Of a stretch of DNA of 64,000 nucleotides, positions 58,197-64,000 are shown piece after piece. The translations under genes were made by a program, and so were the position numbers. Numbering within the stretch: the first letter of the stretch is position 1; each line of letters begins with the position of its first letter. The stretch comes from Candidatus Cloacimonadales bacterium. GTDB taxonomy: Bacteria; Cloacimonadota; Cloacimonadia; Cloacimonadales; DAONDQ01. The stretch lies in NCBI GenBank assembly GCA_963662275.1, contig OY759316.1:2592001-2656000 (forward strand). The letters run 5' to 3'. The notes under the pieces are model-generated. The model was given only the letters and a program-made list of their open reading frames with translations. It did no database searches and had not been told where the DNA came from.

Positions 58197-59339
58197 ATGG
58201 ATTTTAGCAGGATTCTCAAAAACAACCTGTCCGAGTATCTGGAAAAATATGGAAACCAGTCACCGGAAAGCCATTTAAGAGCGATCAGAGATATTCTCCT
58301 TTGCCGGACACCTGAACTGGGCGGAGAAGTCTATTTATGCCAGGAATGTGCGGAACTGCATTATTCCTATCATTCCTGCAAAAACCGTCACTGCCCGAAG
58401 TGTGGCCGTAATGATTCAGCGAAATGGCTGGAAAAGCAGCTTGCCAAACTGCTGCCGGTTAAGTACTTCATGGTAACTTTCACCATACCCCGGGAACTGC
58501 ACAAAACATGCCTGTCAAATCAGAAACTGCTTTATGATCTTCAGTTCAAAGCATCATCTGAAGCCTTAAAGACATTGCTTTCAGATCCCAAATATGCCGG
58601 TGGCGTTTCAGGCTTTACCGGGGTACTTCATACCTGGACAAGGCAGCTTGAATATCATCCTCATATTCATTATATAGTCCCCGGCGGAGCTTGGAATAAA
58701 GAACGAAAGGAATGGCAAAAAGCAGGCAATAAGTTCCTGATTCCGGTCAAAGCTCTTTCGGTGATTTACCGGGCAAAATTCCGTGATTTGCTTCGACTGG
58801 AAAATCAGCATCTGTTTGGTCGGATATCCCCGCTAGTCTGGCAGCAAAAAGAGTTTGTCACAGACTCCCGACCCGTCGGAAAAGGTCGGGAGGCTCTGAC
58901 TTATTTGGCCAATTATGTGTATCGGACCGCCATCACCAACAATCGCATCCTTTGGGAAAAGGACGGGCTGGTAACCTTTAAATACAAGCCGGCAGGTTCA
59001 GCTAAATTCGCCTTTAAAAGCGTCGACTCCGTGGAGTTTATCAATAAGTTCCTGATGCATGTTCTGCCGCAGGGATTTCAGAAAATCAGATACTACGGAT
59101 TTCTCAGTCCGGCGGCAAAATCTGTCTGGGAGATGGTCAACAGCTTTTTCCCAGCAAAGTCCGATTCTAATGACAAGAATCAGACAGCTAAAACTTTTGT
59201 AATTCCCAAATTTGAAAAAGACCTCTGCCCTAATTGCAAATCAAAGATGACACAGCATGCTTCAATTACCGGAAAACCAAGATCACCGCCTTGGTCGCTG
59301 TTGTTTTTGGCAAATTGCTTTGATGGCGGTAAACTGTAA
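58197..59339 (+). CDS. IS91-family rolling-circle transposase
   Basis: Zn finger 'CQEC...SCKNRHCPKC', HUH 'YHPHIH', 'YLANYVYR' (YxxxY), 'HVLPQGFQKIRYYGFL'. Confidence 0.92.
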   Translation: MDFSRILKNNLSEYLEKYGNQSPESHLRAIRDILLCRTPELGGEVYLCQECAELHYSYHSCKNRHCPKCGRNDSAKWLEKQLAKLLPVKYFMVTFTIPRELHKTCLSNQKLLYDLQFKASSEALKTLLSDPKYAGGVSGFTGVLHTWTRQLEYHPHIHYIVPGGAWNKERKEWQKAGNKFLIPVKALSVIYRAKFRDLLRLENQHLFGRISPLVWQQKEFVTDSRPVGKGREALTYLANYVYRTAITNNRILWEKDGLVTFKYKPAGSAKFAFKSVDSVEFINKFLMHVLPQGFQKIRYYGFLSPAAKSVWEMVNSFFPAKSDSNDKNQTAKTFVIPKFEKDLCPNCKSKMTQHASITGKPRSPPWSLLFLANCFDGGKL

Positions 59340-59945
59340 GTTAATTTTACCGACGGGATTGTCTTGCCTAAATTATAGAAACAACCGAAATATTACAGGC
59401 AATTTGCTAAAATACTTGAAAACAATATCAGCCCATACACAAAAAGTCTGATCTCAAAGTGATTTGATAACTTCTGAAAAGAAAATCATCTCTTCCATTG
59501 GTAAAAGACTCTGCTAAAATTGTAAAAATCCAATTCAACCCAAGAAATCTTCAAAAAGCAATTTCCAAATACATATTCAAAATCACCCTGCTACTTGAGC
59601 TTGTTCAACAGCATATCCAATCATGTCTATGATGGGAAATGCTTATTATGTTAGATCCTGAAGTTTGTAACTTTAGGAGGCTGATGAGTCATTGGGTTTC
59701 AAACCCAACAATATAACAGCTTACAAAGCTATGGTACAAAATAAAATGACAAAAAATACCTATTGATCTCAAATTTGAATATAACGGTGTGAATCTGAAT
59801 TGTGAAATGGGATTCCATCTTCAATTTTCCATCTCATATTATGAAAGTTCTTAATTGACAACCGAATTGGTTTAAGCCCTCATAATAGCAGAAAAAACTT
59901 GAAAATAATTACCAATTAAACATCAACCTAAGAAAAACAAAGAAA

Positions 59946-60000
59946 GTCTAGATAATGCTTAGATGATCCCTAGATGAAGCCTAGATGAAGTCCAGATAAT
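59946..60000. repeat. 11-bp tandem tract x5
   Basis: gtctagataat gcttagatgat ccctagatgaa gcctagatgaa gtccagataat. Confidence 0.75.
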
Positions 60001-60411
60001 TTTATTAGAGCTAATTGTGTGCCGGAAGGGTCGAATTTCCATTCTGGATGCGGAATGAGATGATGTATTTTTAGAAGATGTTGGAAAGGTGTTAATGGTT
60101 AATTTGGGTTATGAAAATCTTCCATCTTCCATTTTTCATCATACCTTTGATAAGTATTCCATTCTGAATGATCTTATACGATTTGAGGAGGGTGAATTTA
60201 TCCTCTATGTCGTTAAGTAGCAATAATCGATAATTGGAAAGAATATTTCAAAAAATTACTGCAAATTCTTCTTTTTCCTCTTTTCTGCTTCTAGATTTAG
60301 CTCGAAATGTAAAAGAATAAAAAAATGAACTTGACATCAAACACGAAGTTGTTAATTCATCTTCTTTATGAGAATAAATCACGTGAAAGGCATACAATAT
60401 AGGAGATAGTC

Positions 60412-61722
60412 ATGTTAGTAAGATTTTCTGTACAGAATTTTCTCTCATTTGGAGATAAAGCTGAATTGGCGATGTTTGCATCAAGAGTGAAAGCTCATCC
60501 TGAACAAGTTTGTAATTTGAATATCAAGCCTGTTTCAAAGTTGCTGAAATTAGCTTTGATTTTTGGACCGAATGCCTCCGGGAAATCGAACTTGGTTAAA
60601 GCGATGGATTTTGCTAGAAGATGCATTGTTGGAAAACCTGGTTTCTCCAATATAGATACAACCTATTTTAAACTACAAGACCCCATTGAATCCACTGCTA
60701 GTAACTTTGACTTTGAAATTCTGGTTGATAAGACACTCTATAGATATGGGTTCATTTATGATAAGGATACTTATCCGTCAGAATGGTTATATAAAATTAC
60801 TAAAAGTGGATATAGCCCATTATATGTTAGAAATGCTAATAAAAATGAACGTAACATCGAATGGGATGACAAACTCTTTAAAACGAAAAAAGACAGGGAA
60901 TTCTATAATTTTGTGAACAAAGGAGTTCCACACACTCAGCTTCTGCTATCGGAATTAGGAAAGAAGGAACTGGAATTATTTCTACCTCTATATCAATGGT
61001 TTACGAAATTGATCATCATGTACCCCAAAACAGAATTTAAGAATTATCCCATGATTTTTCGCAAACCTGAATTACAGAATCTCTATAAAGATATGTTTAG
61101 TAACTGCGATACTGGAATAGAAGGAATAGACTTTGAAAAAACTGAATTCAAAGAAATTGAATTGCAGCTTCCCGACCAGTTACTCAAGGATATGTTACAG
61201 GATATCCCTAAAGTGGATCATACTTTAGTATCTTTAAATCTGCCTAAGGGAAGGTATCTTTTAGAATATGACCATATGAAACCGACCCTATATAAGCTTC
61301 TCTTTAAGCATGTTATCAAATCTACTGGAAGAGAAGTGAAATTCGATTTCCCTGAAGAATCAGATGGAACATTGCGCTTATTTGATCTGATTCCTTTATT
61401 GGGAGACACAAAAAATGATAGAGTTATTGTCATTGATGAGTTAGATCGTAGTTTACATCCTCTATTAACAAAAAAACTGATTACGGAATGTTTGAAGATG
61501 GGGCTGAATAATCAATCTCAACTAATTGCGACTTCTCATGACTCCAATTTACTGGATACAGATATCATCAGAAGAGATGCAGTTTGGTTTGTCAGAAAGA
61601 CGGCAGATATGTCTTCAGAAATATACTCCTTAGAAGAATTTAAACCCAGAAATGATAAAGAACTTCGGAATGCGTATTTGGAGGGCTTATATGGTGCAAC
61701 TCCCATTTTCAGAAATTGTTGA
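60412..61722 (+). CDS. AAA_21/AbiEii-type ABC-like ATPase (RloA/AbiLi-like)
   Basis: 'FSVQNFLSF', 'IFGPNASGKSN', 'ESDGTLRL', 'VIDELDRSLHP', 'QLIATSHD', 'RRD.VWF', 'YLEGLYGATP'. Confidence 0.88.
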   Translation: MLVRFSVQNFLSFGDKAELAMFASRVKAHPEQVCNLNIKPVSKLLKLALIFGPNASGKSNLVKAMDFARRCIVGKPGFSNIDTTYFKLQDPIESTASNFDFEILVDKTLYRYGFIYDKDTYPSEWLYKITKSGYSPLYVRNANKNERNIEWDDKLFKTKKDREFYNFVNKGVPHTQLLLSELGKKELELFLPLYQWFTKLIIMYPKTEFKNYPMIFRKPELQNLYKDMFSNCDTGIEGIDFEKTEFKEIELQLPDQLLKDMLQDIPKVDHTLVSLNLPKGRYLLEYDHMKPTLYKLLFKHVIKSTGREVKFDFPEESDGTLRLFDLIPLLGDTKNDRVIVIDELDRSLHPLLTKKLITECLKMGLNNQSQLIATSHDSNLLDTDIIRRDAVWFVRKTADMSSEIYSLEEFKPRNDKELRNAYLEGLYGATPIFRNC

Positions 61723-62353
61723 TGAATTAGATTTTAAAACGCAATTTCAAAGAAAATCCAAGTTCAGGGAACCCGTCCTTTTCCTTATCGCATGCGAAGG
61801 AATCAAAGATGAGCCAACATATATCAATGAGTTTGTGAAGTTCTATCACATTGATCAAGCCAGTGTTAAAATCGCTGAAAGAAAGCCAGGAGATAGAAGT
61901 TCGGATCCTTTGAGCATCATTGAGATTTTGAGCGATAATTTAAAGGATATCAAATCGATCAATATCAAAAGATCAATACATCCCTGGATATTAATTGATA
62001 GAGATGATCGATTAAAAGAGACTCTTGAATCAGCTAAGAGATGCTGTGATGAACTTGGTTATAATATTGCATTCAGTTGCCCGTGCATAGAGCTTTGGTT
62101 TTTACTCCACTATAAAGATATCAATAAGTTGGATTCAAATCTGAGAACTAAATTATTGAATTCCCAAGCATTAAAGAAATACTTAATTAAGAACCATTTG
62201 GATTTGCAGACTAACTTAAGCTCGATGTTCCTTAATACTAATGATGCAATTCAAAGAGCAAAAGAAATAGATTATATCACAGTCGATTTCCCAGCAACAC
62301 ATTGTACAAAAGTTTACCGACTTATTGAGAAACTGTTGGAGTTGATCGATTGA
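61691..62353 (+). CDS. RloB-family protein (AbiLii-like, TOPRIM-like)
   Basis: 'LIACEG..DEPTY', 'IDRD', 'SCPCIELWFLLHY', 'AIQRAK', 'TKVYRLIE'; ATG 61691 after GAGGG, overlapping the ATPase end. Confidence 0.85.
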   Translation: MVQLPFSEIVDELDFKTQFQRKSKFREPVLFLIACEGIKDEPTYINEFVKFYHIDQASVKIAERKPGDRSSDPLSIIEILSDNLKDIKSINIKRSIHPWILIDRDDRLKETLESAKRCCDELGYNIAFSCPCIELWFLLHYKDINKLDSNLRTKLLNSQALKKYLIKNHLDLQTNLSSMFLNTNDAIQRAKEIDYITVDFPATHCTKVYRLIEKLLELID

Positions 62354-62478
62354 TAAATAAAGCTAAGTTTGGGAGGTGCTTCACGAAAATCATCGAAAAT
62401 TGTTGCAACGAATTATGTTGCATAGAGATAAGAAATAAAAAAGTATGAAAAGAAAACATAAGAATAAATGGAGTTTAC

Positions 62479-64000
62479 ATGACAAATGACTATTTGAAAA
62501 TAATATCTGATGCTCCCTTAAAAAGTTTGAATGAGATTAGAAATGACAATCGGATGCTAGATTATAAATTATACGTCGAGAATATCTTTGAGCACATTAG
62601 AACTTATCAAGATAAAAGTAGTATCACCATAGGTATTGAAGGTACATGGGGATCGGGGAAAAGTACTATTCAAAATTTTTTAATAGAGAGAATCAAAACT
62701 TATATTACTGAAGAAGGTAATAAAGATGCATACAAAATTATTGAGTTTAATCCATGGTATTTTACAGATTGCTCAAATTTAATCAGTCAATTTTTCCAAC
62801 ATATGTCTAACACGCTCCAAAAAGAGAAGAAATTACTTGGTAAGGTTAGCAAAGGGCTAGAAGACTTATCCAGAGTGTTGAATCCAGCATCAACTATTCT
62901 TATGGCAACTCTACCTCATATAGGACTAATTGTTAAAGGTGCTGCAAAATACACACAACAAATGGCAGAGCAATTAAAACCCAAACAAAATGATATTTTT
63001 GAAATAAAAAATAAGTTAGAAGCACTTCTTTCAGATAAAATGCTAAAAACAAAAATAATTGTATTCATCGATGACTTGGACAGGATGCCTCAAAAAGATA
63101 TAAGGGCTATTCTTCAAATGATAAAATCTGTAGGTAACTTATCAAATATTATTTACATCATTTCGTATGATAGACAAATCGTCTCTTCAGCAGTTAAAGA
63201 AGAAAATGTAGATAGAAATGAATATTTGGAAAAGATAATACAAGCTGTTGTTCGGGTTCCTGTCCCATATTATGAAGATATTTATAATTCAATTCATGAT
63301 CATTTTCCTTCACATGATGCATATGATGAACATATGGATTGCCGGTTAAAAGGAGTAATTGATTATCTTGCAAGAAGAGGGATAACATATAGGCAGATTA
63401 AACAAATAATGAACAGGTTTTCATATCGAAGAAGATTTGATTTTAATTGCCTAAGTCATTATGATCTTTTTTTATTATCAATTCTTGAGGCATTGTATCC
63501 TAAAGTTTATGCGTTAATTTTACAAATAAAACCAATTAATTTTCATATCTCAAACACAGATGAATTTAATAGTTTCAGCAAACGCAAGCAAATTTTCAAG
63601 GATTCAGTTAATGAATTACCAGAAATGAAAAATGGAATTTATTCCGTTGACAGTAACCAGAGAGCTCCAATAGACAACTACACACTGGTATCTTTACTTA
63701 TTAAATCGTTACTCAATATAGATATCTATTCAAAAGAAGTTAATCCATATCAGGATAAGTTTAATTTTCAAACTATTGAAGAAAAAGCTCACAAATTTAG
63801 AATGTTAGATCATAATTACTTTGAATATTATTTTTCATTTAGTGATTTTCAAGATTGTACTTTTTCTACATATAAAGAAGTCCTTAAGGGTATTCGGAGC
63901 AATGATTTTGGAGCTTTAGAACCAGTAAATTCAAAATTTCTAATTGCTTTTTTGTTTCTATGTATATCCACTTTTGCAATCGATGATTTTGATGCCTATA
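62479..64000 (+). CDS. KAP-family P-loop NTPase (partial; runs off the window, absent from the ORF track)
   Basis: My translation from ATG 62479: 'ISDAP', 'TIGIEGTWGSGKST', 'EFNPWYF', 'IIVFIDDLDR', 'YLEKIIQ...VP'. Confidence 0.88.
   Translation, partial: MTNDYLKIISDAPLKSLNEIRNDNRMLDYKLYVENIFEHIRTYQDKSSITIGIEGTWGSGKSTIQNFLIERIKTYITEEGNKDAYKIIEFNPWYFTDCSNLISQFFQHMSNTLQKEKKLLGKVSKGLEDLSRVLNPASTILMATLPHIGLIVKGAAKYTQQMAEQLKPKQNDIFEIKNKLEALLSDKMLKTKIIVFIDDLDRMPQKDIRAILQMIKSVGNLSNIIYIISYDRQIVSSAVKEENVDRNEYLEKIIQAVVRVPVPYYEDIYNSIHDHFPSHDAYDEHMDCRLKGVIDYLARRGITYRQIKQIMNRFSYRRRFDFNCLSHYDLFLLSILEALYPKVYALILQIKPINFHISNTDEFNSFSKRKQIFKDSVNELPEMKNGIYSVDSNQRAPIDNYTLVSLLIKSLLNIDIYSKEVNPYQDKFNFQTIEEKAHKFRMLDHNYFEYYFSFSDFQDCTFSTYKEVLKGIRSNDFGALEPVNSKFLIAFLFLCISTFAIDDFDAY

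Larger units (their letters stand above)
57199..59611 (+). mobile_element. Tyrosine recombinase + IS91-type (HUH/Y2) transposase element bounded by imperfect inverted repeats
   Basis: Left ctgttgaacgaagctgcaagcagcag (57199-57224); right ctgctacttgagcttgttcaacag (59588-59611); no target duplication seen. Confidence 0.72.

Noticed and set aside
59676..59712. Hammerhead ribozyme (CTGATGA followed by a hairpin)
   Set aside because: No GAAA core after the putative stem II and no closing stems could be built.

Overview
Bacterial chromosomal window, probably from a Cloacimonadota-like (FCB-related) organism. This is an inference from five secreted proteins carrying an 'N.PNPF...IYN.KGQ.V...SG.Y...K' FlgD-Ig/T9SS-type C-terminal domain, a GldAFG-DUF4340 module and a cyclase-STAND-TPR gene. 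Housekeeping and envelope genes include trpF, tRNA-Pro(CGG), a heterodimeric ABC exporter, a parvulin PPIase, a GcvT-like protein, TolC/MFP, peptidases and a nitroreductase. Signalling genes include a sAC-like cyclase-STAND-TPR, a TPR histidine kinase and a TPR-GGDEF. There are three mobile elements with definable ends: IS21, IS4-family and a tyrosine-recombinase + IS91-type element. A putative defence island starts at the right edge (RloA/RloB AbiL-like pair plus a KAP NTPase running off the window). Intergenic DNA is dense with several REP/REPIN-like palindrome families and 7-mer and 11-mer periodic tracts. The best candidate for an undescribed system is the AT-rich two-gene operon at 14254-20448: an HD-type metal-dependent phosphohydrolase plus a 1432-aa protein with tandem KaiC/RAD55-like ATPase domains and an apparent cytoplasmic solute-binding-protein-like C-terminus. 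All family assignments come from motif recognition by eye; no database search was run.
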